Of a stretch of 64,000 nt of DNA, positions 51,666 to 61,045 are shown piece by piece. The first letter of the stretch is position 1, and every line of letters begins with the position of its first letter. The translations under genes and the position numbers were made by a program. Under the pieces are notes generated by a model, which ran no database searches, was not told where the DNA came from, and saw only the letters and a list, made by a program, of their open reading frames with translations. The stretch is from Clostridia bacterium (lineage in GTDB: Bacteria > Bacillota > Clostridia > UBA1212 > DUPL01): the NCBI GenBank assembly GCA_050951325.1, contig JBMNIW010000012.1, forward strand, positions 544,001 through 608,000. Reading direction: 5' to 3'.

Positions 51666-52228
51666 GGAAGGTTATTAAATCATATTCTGTTTTGGATCTG
51701 GTATTAATAGCGATGCTAGCAGCCCTTGCTACAGGCTTCAAGACTGTTGCAAACACACTGGTCAAGTTAATAACAGGTCCTTTGGGAATCCCAGGAGGGG
51801 CTTTGGCAGGCGGATTTTATATGATGTGGCTTGCCATTGGGCATTCGGTAGTTCGTAAATTTGGGGTATCTTTCATGATATCCCTTGTCCAGGCTCTCGT
51901 ACTATTTACAACCAGCGCACCAGGCAGCCACGGCATCTGGACTTTCATAACGTATTTGATTCCCGGACTTTGCGTTGACATTGTGTTTCTCTTTGCAAGA
52001 AAAAACAATGCCAATGTTCTGCATTTCATGATTGCCGTGATGATGGCAAATGTACTGGGCACACTAGGGAGCTTTTTGCTATGGTTCAGGTTATCCTGGT
52101 TGTGGCTTGCGTTTAGCCTGACTGCAGCGGCTTTATCCGGAGCAATTGGAGGGCTTGTGGCATATTCTGTTGATAAGGGAATTAGGAGAATTGGTTTAAT
52201 TTTCAAAGAGGATGGGGCAGATCAATGA
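51662..52228 (+). CDS. ECF transporter S component
   Basis: ~190-aa, ~6-TM protein with DLVLIAMLAAL (AxxxA) helix 1; EcfA/A'/T in the same operon. Confidence 0.8.
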   Translation: MRKVIKSYSVLDLVLIAMLAALATGFKTVANTLVKLITGPLGIPGGALAGGFYMMWLAIGHSVVRKFGVSFMISLVQALVLFTTSAPGSHGIWTFITYLIPGLCVDIVFLFARKNNANVLHFMIAVMMANVLGTLGSFLLWFRLSWLWLAFSLTAAALSGAIGGLVAYSVDKGIRRIGLIFKEDGADQ

Positions 52229-53670
52229 AAAGAGCACTATTGATACTGACAGTTGTCTTGTTGGTGATTTTTGCAGGATGCACGAACAAGGAAAGTGAAC
52301 CAGGCAAATACATAACCGTAAACGGGGATATAGAAGGCGTCTCTGTAGAAGTGAACTTGAGTGATATTTCAAAAGAAGAGATAGCAATAAAGGATACACT
52401 TTACAAAGGGGTGCGTTTGTCAAAGGTTCTTGAGAAGGTTTCACTACTGGCACCTGTTGATAAGAGCTATGTAATGATAACAGCCATAGACGGAGTGTCT
52501 GCACTAATTGATGCGGAGACTGCCAACTTGTGTCATGTTGTCGAAGTAGAAGGAGTTTTGAACATAAAGGCTCCGGAACATCCGAGGGTTGTTGGTATCA
52601 AGCATGTTCTTGAGATTACAATAGTTGCCCATGAGGATGTGGAAATTTCTGATGAGAATTCTCTAAAAATTGTGGATCAAGAGGGTGACAGACGTATAAG
52701 TTTTGGAAACTGCAAGCTCCTTATGTTTGAGAAATCAGGTGAAAGTAGACAGAACGGAAATCTCGCTGTGAAGTATGTAAAGAAAGCGCCATTAAAGGCG
52801 GAAGAATTCATCGGCGATGATTTCGTACTTTACTTCGACAACTATGACATGCTGAAAGTGGATAGGGATTATGCAGGTGTTTTTGTTTGGGAAAATGGCA
52901 GAATATATTATGAAACGGACGAGAGGTACGATAGTCCTGTTACAGGTATTGTGACAGGCGTCGACACCGTTATATTCGATGCCTTTGACATGATGAAGAT
53001 ATTATTGGATAAGAATGAAATGGTTATGTTTATCCTGCCTGACGGGTTGTCTTACGAGCAGGTGGAATATTACAAGGATAACCTTACAATATTATCAGGC
53101 AATTACAAAAAAGCAGCCAGCGTGAACCCAGCCATATCAAATGTGGCTTTGGCAGCAATAATTACCGGACAATCACCTTTTGCAACAGGCATAACAAAGA
53201 GGGAAGTAAAAGCTCCTAACGTAAAGGACATTTTTGAATACGTTGTCAGTAAAGGGAAAACGGCATCATATATTGAAGGGAATTCAGTATTGGTTGTAAC
53301 CTCGGAAAAGCCAAAACTGAATGTAGCCAACTCGGAAGGATATACTGATAAAGGCGTATTTGAAACAGCCATGTATGAACTGGGCAAAAATCCTGATTTT
53401 TTATTCATACATTTCCACGGCATTGATGATGTAAATCACGAGTACTCTCCTTTGTCAGAGGAAGCCAAGCAGAAGATATATGAAATAGAAGGATATATTA
53501 AAGAGCTGGTTAAAAACTTTTATGGGCATGTGATAATTGTGCCTGACCATGGAGCAGTGACTATAGAAGACACGGATGGGACAAAAAGAGGAAAACACAG
53601 CTTGTTCAAGTATGGAGACATGTATGTGCCCTTCTACTATTTTGAAAGGGGTAGTTTGATTGAAGAATAG
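52225..53670 (+). CDS. Lipoprotein: N-terminal molybdopterin-binding-like domain + alkaline phosphatase/phosphodiesterase-fold domain
   Basis: Lipobox FAGC; YKGVRLSKVL..AIDG; FILPDGL, PAISNVALAAIITG, HFHGIDDVNH and VPDHG metal-site motifs. Confidence 0.75.
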   Translation: MKRALLILTVVLLVIFAGCTNKESEPGKYITVNGDIEGVSVEVNLSDISKEEIAIKDTLYKGVRLSKVLEKVSLLAPVDKSYVMITAIDGVSALIDAETANLCHVVEVEGVLNIKAPEHPRVVGIKHVLEITIVAHEDVEISDENSLKIVDQEGDRRISFGNCKLLMFEKSGESRQNGNLAVKYVKKAPLKAEEFIGDDFVLYFDNYDMLKVDRDYAGVFVWENGRIYYETDERYDSPVTGIVTGVDTVIFDAFDMMKILLDKNEMVMFILPDGLSYEQVEYYKDNLTILSGNYKKAASVNPAISNVALAAIITGQSPFATGITKREVKAPNVKDIFEYVVSKGKTASYIEGNSVLVVTSEKPKLNVANSEGYTDKGVFETAMYELGKNPDFLFIHFHGIDDVNHEYSPLSEEAKQKIYEIEGYIKELVKNFYGHVIIVPDHGAVTIEDTDGTKRGKHSLFKYGDMYVPFYYFERGSLIEE

Positions 53671-54208
53671 GAATGTGCTTATTGCACTGGTTATATTGGT
53701 TGTACTTTCCATTCTGTTTGGTGTTATGCTGTTTGTCTTTATGAATGAAAACAAGAAAAACGTGGAGCAGTATGAAAAAAGGGAAATTGCAATTACCATC
53801 AATGGAGAGAGGGAAGTATATACCTTTGAAGAATTGATGGAGATAAGCCAGCCGGTTGATTTTAAGGCAATATACAAGCCTAGCAACAAGGAACCCATAG
53901 AAAAGACCTATACCGGAATAGAATTGAGGGACCTGCTTGAGAAGTTGGGGGCAGACTTGGAGAACATGAAACAGATTACATTTACTGCAAAAGACGGTTT
54001 TCAGAAAGTGTACCGGGCAGAGGATGTAAGGAAGGAAACCAATGTATTTATAACGCATTTGGTGAATGGAAAGCCTTTCAACGAAGGCATTGATGTGATG
54101 GCATATGAAAAGGAACAGGAAGATGGCGGACCTTTTGTGGTAATAAAGGCGGAAGACAAAGTAAGCCAGAACAGAGTAAAAATGCTTGTAGAGATTGTGG
54201 TGGAATGA
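53660..54208 (+). CDS. Membrane-anchored molybdopterin-binding-fold protein (no Cys)
   Basis: N-terminal TM; YTGIELRDLL..TAKDGF..NGKPF..GGPFVVI..RVKMLVEI pattern. Confidence 0.7.
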   Translation: MKNRNVLIALVILVVLSILFGVMLFVFMNENKKNVEQYEKREIAITINGEREVYTFEELMEISQPVDFKAIYKPSNKEPIEKTYTGIELRDLLEKLGADLENMKQITFTAKDGFQKVYRAEDVRKETNVFITHLVNGKPFNEGIDVMAYEKEQEDGGPFVVIKAEDKVSQNRVKMLVEIVVE

Positions 54209-54870
54209 AACTTACAGTAGAAAATCTAACAGTAATGTTTAAAAACAGAATTATACTTGATAATGTATCATTACAAGTTGAAGCAGGAGAAATTGTTGCA
54301 GTAGTCGGACCAAATGGCAGTGGAAAATCCACACTTTGTACTGCAATTGCAGGTGTGTCTCAAAATTATGGACTGAGTACTGTTGGCAGAATAAGGATAG
54401 GTGACAAAGAGTTGTCCCAACTCAGTATTCATGAAAGATGCGCCTTGCTTGGTGTCATATTCCAGAATTCTGATAACTTTCTTTTTTCTCAATATGTTGA
54501 GGACGAGCTTCGGTTTGCTCCTGAAAATCTATGTGTTCCCAGGGCGGAAATTGAAACAAGAATAAAAGAAGCTTTGGATTTTACCGGTATTAGCTATTTA
54601 AGACATAGAAAAATTCAGGAGCTTTCGGGAGGGGAGAAGAAGCTGGTTTCAATTGCGTCTGTTTTAACCATGATGAGCAAATTCCTAATAGCGGATGAAA
54701 TAACTTCCGGAGTAGACGAGGACAGGAAGGTTCAGATACGGGAGATTCTAAGAAAACTAGCCAAAGACAATATTGGAATACTAATGATATCCCACAACAG
54801 AAACGATATTGAAATTGCTGACAGAATATATGTATTAAAGGATGGCAAATTGCATGATAGAACTGATTGA
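54205..54870 (+). CDS. ECF transporter ATPase (EcfA)
   Basis: GPNGSGKST, FQNSDN, VEDELRFAPEN, LSGGEK motifs. Confidence 0.88.
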   Translation: MKLTVENLTVMFKNRIILDNVSLQVEAGEIVAVVGPNGSGKSTLCTAIAGVSQNYGLSTVGRIRIGDKELSQLSIHERCALLGVIFQNSDNFLFSQYVEDELRFAPENLCVPRAEIETRIKEALDFTGISYLRHRKIQELSGGEKKLVSIASVLTMMSKFLIADEITSGVDEDRKVQIREILRKLAKDNIGILMISHNRNDIEIADRIYVLKDGKLHDRTD

Positions 54871-55507
54871 CGTATCCTTTGCGTATAACAAGAACAACAT
54901 GGTTCTGAGAAATATTACATATACATTCAAAGAAGGTGTACTGTATGTTTTGGGCGGAAAAAACGGCTCAGGCAAAACCACAATGGGAAAACTAATGTGC
55001 GGCCTTGTAAAGACAAAACAAGGTATTGTCAAGGTAAGCGGAACCAATATATATAAAAAGACTGTTGGCGAGATATCAGAACATGTAGGGTATTTGTACC
55101 AGAATCCTGATTTGCAATTATTTGCACCGACCGTTTATGAAGAACTTGTTTTTCCTTATGAACTGAATGGAACACTGACTTATGAAATAAAAGAGAGGGC
55201 GGAAAAGCTGCTCCAGGTCTTCAAGCTTGAAGACAAAAAGGACACCTTTCCTCTGCTCATGTCCTTGGGAGAAAGACAGAGGCTTGCTCTTGCCACAATA
55301 ATGATGAGGGACACCAAATTCATTATATTTGATGAACCGACATCCTCCATTGATGCGGAATGCAAAGCAATGATACATGAATTTATATTAAGCTTTGTTG
55401 AAAATGGAGGAGGAGCTTTTATAATATCACATGATGAGGATTTCAATTTGAACGGAGTAAACGGCATGAATCTGAGGATGGAAGGTGGAATGCTGTATGA
55501 AAAGTAG
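54854..55507 (+). CDS. ECF transporter ATPase (EcfA')
   Basis: GKNGSGKTT, YQNPDLQLFAPTV, MSLGERQR, FDEPTS motifs. Confidence 0.88.
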   Translation: MIELIDVSFAYNKNNMVLRNITYTFKEGVLYVLGGKNGSGKTTMGKLMCGLVKTKQGIVKVSGTNIYKKTVGEISEHVGYLYQNPDLQLFAPTVYEELVFPYELNGTLTYEIKERAEKLLQVFKLEDKKDTFPLLMSLGERQRLALATIMMRDTKFIIFDEPTSSIDAECKAMIHEFILSFVENGGGAFIISHDEDFNLNGVNGMNLRMEGGMLYEK

Positions 55508-56234
55508 ACTGGATCCAAGAATCACCATGTTGTTTATTGTACTGACATCCACACTGTCCGTCCTTGCCTCAAATGTATATTGGCTGCTGCTGGTCTTTTT
55601 ATTGACCCTGTTGTTAAACATTGTATTCAGATTAAATCCATTGAAGACTCTGTACAGAATGAGAAGGCTTGTGTCAATGATAATCTTCATAGCCTTTTTC
55701 CAAAGCCTCACAACTTCGGGAGGGAGACCAATTATTACTTTGCTCGGTGCAAATATTGTAACTTCCAAAGGACTTGTGGACAGCTTGTCTTTTGTACTCA
55801 GGATGGGCAACATAATGCTGGCCGTCATGCTCGGTACAAAACATGACAGTCGTGATATGATAGACGGACTTGCAAAACTCAAGATTCCTTATGAGCTGGC
55901 CTTTATGACAGGAATAGCACTCAAGTTTATTCCACTGTTTGGTCAGGAGTTTGCCGATAGAATAAAAGCCGTAAGTTTGAGAGGAATAAATATTAAGAAA
56001 CTCAAGCTGTCAAAAAAGATAAAAATCTATTCACACATTTTGGTGCCTGCAATTTCCGGCAGCATTATCAAGAGCAGGGATATTGCCTCATCCATGGAGA
56101 CAAGGGGATTCAGGGCGTATCCTGATAGAACCAATTTAAGAGTATTGAAACTAAAATTAGCAGACTATATCGCAATGATAATTGCATCATCAATATTTTT
56201 ACTAATCATATACTTTATGTTTGCAAGGAGGTAG
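55497..56234 (+). CDS. ecfT: ECF transporter T component
   Basis: LDPRI start, ALKFIP, SLRG and METRGF Arg motifs. Confidence 0.88.
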   Translation: MKSRLDPRITMLFIVLTSTLSVLASNVYWLLLVFLLTLLLNIVFRLNPLKTLYRMRRLVSMIIFIAFFQSLTTSGGRPIITLLGANIVTSKGLVDSLSFVLRMGNIMLAVMLGTKHDSRDMIDGLAKLKIPYELAFMTGIALKFIPLFGQEFADRIKAVSLRGINIKKLKLSKKIKIYSHILVPAISGSIIKSRDIASSMETRGFRAYPDRTNLRVLKLKLADYIAMIIASSIFLLIIYFMFARR

Positions 56235-56236
56235 TT

Positions 56237-56977
56237 ATGAAAGTATTAACGGTAACGGGGCTTAGCGGAAGCGGAAAGACCACCGTAATAGAGAATTTGA
56301 TAAAAGAACTAAAAAGAAGAGGTTATTCCATAGGAAGTGTAAAGGAGATTCATTATGAGGCGTTTGCCATTGATACTCCTGGAAAGAACACCTACAGACA
56401 CAGACAAGCAGGAGCAGAAATTGTAACAGCAAGAGCTCACAATGAAACAGACATATTGTATCCCGGACACCTGCCGATTTACGAAGTGCTCTCCCACTAT
56501 AATCAGGACTATGTTTTGCTTGAAGGAGTAAGGGACTGTGTGGCTCCGGAGATTGCTGTTTGCAAGGAAGATGCTGAGCCTGAAATAACTCCTCTTACGT
56601 TTGCAGTAAGTGGAAGGTTTGCAAACACCGGTGTTACGGAGTACAAGGGTCTTCCTGTAATATCAGCAGTTGATGACATAGGAAGACTGGCAGACCTTGT
56701 CGAGGAAAAGGTTCCGAGTTTAATGCATGATATAGAGTATGAATGCTGTGGTGAATGCGGTACGGATTGTAGAGGATTTCTTGCAAGGCTTCTGAAGGGA
56801 GAGGTTGTCAGTTCCGATTGCGAACTGAGTCAAAGAGAAGTCAAGTTGATTATCGACGGTCAGGATATTGTAATGGTGCCTTTTGTTCAAAGGATACTGA
56901 AAAACGCAGTGGTGGGAGTTGTATCGGAACTTAATGGGTACAAGGAAGGAAAGAAGATAGTAATAGAGATAGAATGA
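56237..56977 (+). CDS. mobB: MobB-family P-loop protein with C-terminal Fe-S Cys cluster
   Basis: GLSGSGKTT, GSVKEIH, DTPGKNTYRHRQAGA, LLEG; CCGECGTDC...C; VPFVQRIL. Confidence 0.82.
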   Translation: MKVLTVTGLSGSGKTTVIENLIKELKRRGYSIGSVKEIHYEAFAIDTPGKNTYRHRQAGAEIVTARAHNETDILYPGHLPIYEVLSHYNQDYVLLEGVRDCVAPEIAVCKEDAEPEITPLTFAVSGRFANTGVTEYKGLPVISAVDDIGRLADLVEEKVPSLMHDIEYECCGECGTDCRGFLARLLKGEVVSSDCELSQREVKLIIDGQDIVMVPFVQRILKNAVVGVVSELNGYKEGKKIVIEIE

Positions 56978-57627
56978 TGGGCGAAATTATTAAGCGGTTC
57001 GAGAGCAAGAAAAACAGTGTTTTTCTAGTAAGTGTGGAAGGAATCATGCAAGTTGTAAAGGTGCATGAATCAGAGGAAAAAGCCTACTTTGAATCAGAGG
57101 TTTTAAAAAGGCTTTACTTGTATGCTAACGTACCAAAGGTTATTAAGGTAGAATCAAACAGGATCTACATGGAATACATAGAGGGAAAACTTGCTGTTGA
57201 CTACTTTCTCGAATGCGATACTGAAGAAGTAAAAGAACTGGCAAGACAGATGCTATCCTTTTGCCGGGTTTACTCAGACCAATTTGATAACTTCCGTTTG
57301 TCGGATACAAACTTCCGGAATTTTATCGTGGTTGAAATGGACGAAGAAATTGAATTGTACGGTGTTGATTTTGAGGAAAGGGAAGAAGGCACACTGATAA
57401 AAAGTGCAGCTGAACTGTGTGCTTTCTCGTTTTTGTATGATGTTGATGCTTATAAGAAGAAAACCTTTTACAATACAATTGCATCAAATTGCTCCGAGCA
57501 GGAAGTTGACTTTTTAAACGACTATATTTTTAATAGCTTGAATAAGCTTATTAAAAGACGCAGATTGAATTTAAATGTTAAAAGTGTCTTTGAAGAATTG
57601 GTAATTGGCAACGGGCATATGGTATAA
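56974..57627 (+). CDS. Protein-kinase-like fold protein (APH/Bud32/RIO-like), small-molecule kinase candidate
   Basis: VVK..E, VPKVI, YMEYIEG, DTNFRNF catalytic loop, GVDFE. Confidence 0.65.
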   Translation: MMGEIIKRFESKKNSVFLVSVEGIMQVVKVHESEEKAYFESEVLKRLYLYANVPKVIKVESNRIYMEYIEGKLAVDYFLECDTEEVKELARQMLSFCRVYSDQFDNFRLSDTNFRNFIVVEMDEEIELYGVDFEEREEGTLIKSAAELCAFSFLYDVDAYKKKTFYNTIASNCSEQEVDFLNDYIFNSLNKLIKRRRLNLNVKSVFEELVIGNGHMV

Positions 57628-57673
57628 TATATAATCCATAGAGTTTGAATATGCGAAAAGGGAGTGAGATGGC

Positions 57674-58408
57674 ATGAAGGTAACACTCAAGGACAAGGTT
57701 GTAGTTGTAACTGGTGCGGGAGGCGGCATCGGCAGCGCCATCTGTGAGGGGGTGGCTAAAGAGGGTGCGAGGATTGCACTTTGCGGCGGCAACAACCTGG
57801 AAAAGCTGAATGCCTCAGCGGACATTATTAGGGAATACGGTGTTGACCCATATGTTCTTCCAGGTGATCTTGCCAACATGGATTTTCTGACAACTTGCAT
57901 TGACAAAATAGCACAGCATTTTGGCAGAATTGACATACTTATTAACAATGCCGGAATTGCACACAATGCTCCATTTGAAGAAACAAAAATGGAGGATTTT
58001 GACAGGATAATGAATATAAACGTAAAGGTGCCTTTTGTTTTATGCCAGAAGGTGCTTCCATATTTGCGTGAATCGAATCATGCTACAATTATCAACATTG
58101 CATCTGTTGTTGCCCACAAAGGGTATGTAAATCAGGCAATATACACTGCATCCAAGCATGCCCTGCACGGGTTTACAAAATCGCTTGCAAACGAGGTCTA
58201 TGCTGAAAATATTAGAGTTCATACTGTTTGTCCGGGTGGAGTATTTACCGATATGGTTAAGGTAACACGTCCGGATCTGACTGGTGAGGATATGATTATG
58301 CCTGAAGAGATTGCGGATATTGTCCTATTCCTCCTTACAAGAAGAGGCAATGCTGTCATTGACGATATCTGCGTGCGGAGAGCTGCAAAAAATCCATTTG
58401 ATGTATGA
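57674..58408 (+). CDS. Short-chain dehydrogenase/reductase
   Basis: TGAGGGIG, NNAG, YTASK motifs. Confidence 0.92.
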   Translation: MKVTLKDKVVVVTGAGGGIGSAICEGVAKEGARIALCGGNNLEKLNASADIIREYGVDPYVLPGDLANMDFLTTCIDKIAQHFGRIDILINNAGIAHNAPFEETKMEDFDRIMNINVKVPFVLCQKVLPYLRESNHATIINIASVVAHKGYVNQAIYTASKHALHGFTKSLANEVYAENIRVHTVCPGGVFTDMVKVTRPDLTGEDMIMPEEIADIVLFLLTRRGNAVIDDICVRRAAKNPFDV

Positions 58409-58411
58409 AAA

Positions 58412-58448
58412 AAAGAGGAAAAAACCATAATGGAGTTTTTTCCTCTTT
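58412..58448. terminator. Bidirectional terminator
   Basis: AAAGAGGAAAAAACCA-TAA-TGGAGTTTTTTCCTCTTT hairpin between convergent genes. Confidence 0.7.
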
Positions 58449-58452
58449 GCTT

Positions 58453-58713
58453 TTATCCCGCAATTATGACAGGAAATATTTTTATCCTGTCGCCATCTTT
58501 AATCGGATCGTTCCAGTTGTGTTTGACACTGTTTATGGTTGCAAATCCAACTTCTTCATCAGGAATGTTCAATAACGAAACAAGTTCATCCAATAGGATT
58601 TCATCTCTTCCGTCAATTGAGAGTTCAAAACTGTTCTCGTCGTCCTTGAACCTTTCCTTGTTGTACTTTTTCAATGTGTGAAACAGCTCAACAGTTATAA
58701 CCATCTTAGACAA
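58453..58713 (-). CDS. MoaD/ThiS-family sulfur carrier
   Basis: Ubiquitin-like size; IKDGDRIKIFPVIIAG C-terminus; follows aor. Start may be 58704. Confidence 0.8.
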   Translation of the reverse strand: MSKMVITVELFHTLKKYNKERFKDDENSFELSIDGRDEILLDELVSLLNIPDEEVGFATINSVKHNWNDPIKDGDRIKIFPVIIAG

Positions 58714-60484
58714 ACTCCTTTATTGACTCATCTTCTTCAGCCAAAATTTCCTCGCAACGCCTTGCATATTCTTCTGCAATCTCGTTTGCCATATACTGAT
58801 CAAGTTTGCCTGTTGTTGTTGGTGTTTCAAAAAATCTCTTGGGAAGCTTTACATCCTGTATTGCAAAGCCCAAGGATTTCTTAATCTCTAGCTTTGTTCT
58901 CAGGATACGCTTTGCAATATCTGTCAGTGTTTCGTCAGTATAGTCAAGCCCAACGCATTTAAGGACCATCCTGATATTTTCCCTGCTGTATACTTTACGT
59001 GCAAACAGGCATATGATTAAAGAATTCAGCAGGCAGCGCTCGATTTCCTCGCTAATAAGGTAGTCTACGAGTTTTTCCTTGTCAAGCTCCTTGTCCCTGT
59101 TGGACTGGTCATATGAATAGCCTGCATTACAGAGGTGAGAATGTCTTGCGCCTACCAATGCGCCTACAAGAGAGCCGTAGCCCGTGTGGTAACCAGGCAT
59201 TTCGTTACCAGCAATCTGCATGCCAAAATCATAACCGCCATACTTCTTGGCTACGTGTTTTACTCCCTTGCCCATATCGGTATAGAGCTGATTGACACCT
59301 TGTGCAATGTAGTCGACAGCTTTAGCAAGGTTTACATAATCGCCCATCTTCAAAGGCAGAATGGTTTGCTCTTCTGTAATGATGCCCCTTTCAAGAGCTT
59401 CACAAGCCCATCCCAGAACAACACCGCAGGACATGGCGTCAAGCCCGTTTCTTTCAACAGCATCGATAACGTATAAAACTCCATCCGTATTATCAACACC
59501 AAGGAATGAGCCAAGTGCATAAATTAGTTCGTAGTCGTATCCGACCGAAATCGCTTCGTACTCATAGCCGTGGTCAAATTCACGTCTGAACTGTCCTATG
59601 TGTATGCATCCAACAGGACATCCTGTGCATGCCATTTTTCTAATCAGGTTGTTCTTCGCAAAGGCCTCTCCTGAAATATTTTCAGCATGCTCAAAAGTTC
59701 CAGAGGTAAGGTTTCGGGTCGGAAGACCTCCCATGGCGCTCAATGGCTCTACGTTTATGGGAGTGCCGGCATCATGATATTTTGCCATTACTTCTGTTTC
59801 GGTTACCTGTTTGTACAGTTTGGAGTAGGTCTTGAAATAGTCCTTGAAATTGGGTATTGGCATGGGAAGATCGCCTGTAACCTGCATTGCTTTCATAAGC
59901 TTGCTGCCAAAAACGGCACCCAGGCCCAGTCTTCCAAAATGTCTGTATGTGTCAACGCAAACACTTGCATAGGAGCACAGATTTTCACCTGCAGGACCTA
60001 TGCGGATGATGGAACGCTTTCCGCTTCCATGCTCCCTGTTTCTGATATATGAGCCTACCTTGTCGGAGTCCATTCCCCAAAAAGCGCGTGCGTCCTTTAT
60101 TTCCACTCCTGTTTGTGTAACTGTAACATAACAAGGTTTTTGAGATTTACCTGTAATTACTATGGCGTCATAGCCTGCATGCAGCATTGTGAAGGCGAGT
60201 CTGCCACCTGCATAGGACTCACCCAGTTCTCCTGTTAGAGGAGAAACAAACATGGCTACAGTCTTGGTTATGACTGGAAATACAGATGAAGCTGCGCCAA
60301 TTGCAAAAATTATAGGTTGATCCTCATGAAGGGGAGGCAAATCAGGATTCATGTTTTCCTGTAGGAGTTTTGAGGCAACTCCCACACCTCCCAAATAGGC
60401 TCTAAGATCCTTTCTCTTGTCAACCCTTATGCGGCCTGTTGAGAGATTTATATTCAAAACTCTTATGTAATCTTTATAAAACAT
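58706..60484 (-). CDS. aor: Tungsten-containing aldehyde:ferredoxin oxidoreductase (AOR/WOR family)
   Basis: YLGGVG, SPLTG, GPAGEN, GRLGLGAVFGSK, CTGCPVGC, GLDAMS, ICLFA motifs; GGAGG RBS before MFYKDY. Confidence 0.92.
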   Translation of the reverse strand: MFYKDYIRVLNINLSTGRIRVDKRKDLRAYLGGVGVASKLLQENMNPDLPPLHEDQPIIFAIGAASSVFPVITKTVAMFVSPLTGELGESYAGGRLAFTMLHAGYDAIVITGKSQKPCYVTVTQTGVEIKDARAFWGMDSDKVGSYIRNREHGSGKRSIIRIGPAGENLCSYASVCVDTYRHFGRLGLGAVFGSKLMKAMQVTGDLPMPIPNFKDYFKTYSKLYKQVTETEVMAKYHDAGTPINVEPLSAMGGLPTRNLTSGTFEHAENISGEAFAKNNLIRKMACTGCPVGCIHIGQFRREFDHGYEYEAISVGYDYELIYALGSFLGVDNTDGVLYVIDAVERNGLDAMSCGVVLGWACEALERGIITEEQTILPLKMGDYVNLAKAVDYIAQGVNQLYTDMGKGVKHVAKKYGGYDFGMQIAGNEMPGYHTGYGSLVGALVGARHSHLCNAGYSYDQSNRDKELDKEKLVDYLISEEIERCLLNSLIICLFARKVYSRENIRMVLKCVGLDYTDETLTDIAKRILRTKLEIKKSLGFAIQDVKLPKRFFETPTTTGKLDQYMANEIAEEYARRCEEILAEEDESIKEFV

Positions 60485-60893
60485 CGTCGACTTCCTCCAT
60501 TGTAAGACATTGATGTGGACAGAATCTTGTGCAGGATCCACAGTGTTTGCAGATTATTGGCAAATTCTCTTCCTCGTCAAAAAACACCGCGCCAACTATG
60601 CAAGCATCAACACACTTTTTGCATCCGGTACACATATCCTTGTTAAGCAGGACACCGCCTCCTTTACGTTCAACCAACGCACCTGTAGGACAAGCTTCAA
60701 GACATGCTCTGTCATCCTTGCATGCGTGGCATACAGTTGCATAGAATCCGTGTTTCAAGCCTCCGTTTGTCTTTATTTTTATTGCACTTTTTGAAATGGA
60801 GAAGTTGTGTTTGTTGACAGCTGCACATACGGTCATGCATGAAAAGCAGCCAATGCACTTCCTCATTCCGTCTGTTCTAAGCGCTCTTGCCAC
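60474..60893 (-). CDS. 4Fe-4S ferredoxin-like subunit of AOR
   Basis: CIGCFSCMTVC, CHAC..CLEACP, CTGCKKCVDAC, CKHCGSCTRFCP motifs. Confidence 0.9.
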   Translation of the reverse strand: MARALRTDGMRKCIGCFSCMTVCAAVNKHNFSISKSAIKIKTNGGLKHGFYATVCHACKDDRACLEACPTGALVERKGGGVLLNKDMCTGCKKCVDACIVGAVFFDEEENLPIICKHCGSCTRFCPHQCLTMEEVDDVL

Positions 60894-61045
60894 TTAAATG
60901 ACTTCCTTTCTAAAAAAATTGTACAGTATCTATCATATCATATATTTTATGTATTTCAATATACTTTGTTAAAAAATAATCAATTTCTACATGTCCAATT
61001 TTATTTGTATTATTGAGGGAAAATTAGTATACTAATAATATAGGG

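Noticed and set aside
57674-58408. SDR as a definite member of the cofactor-salvage operon
   Set aside because: It is separated by a gap with its own TGGTATAAT extended -10-like element; the link is unproven.
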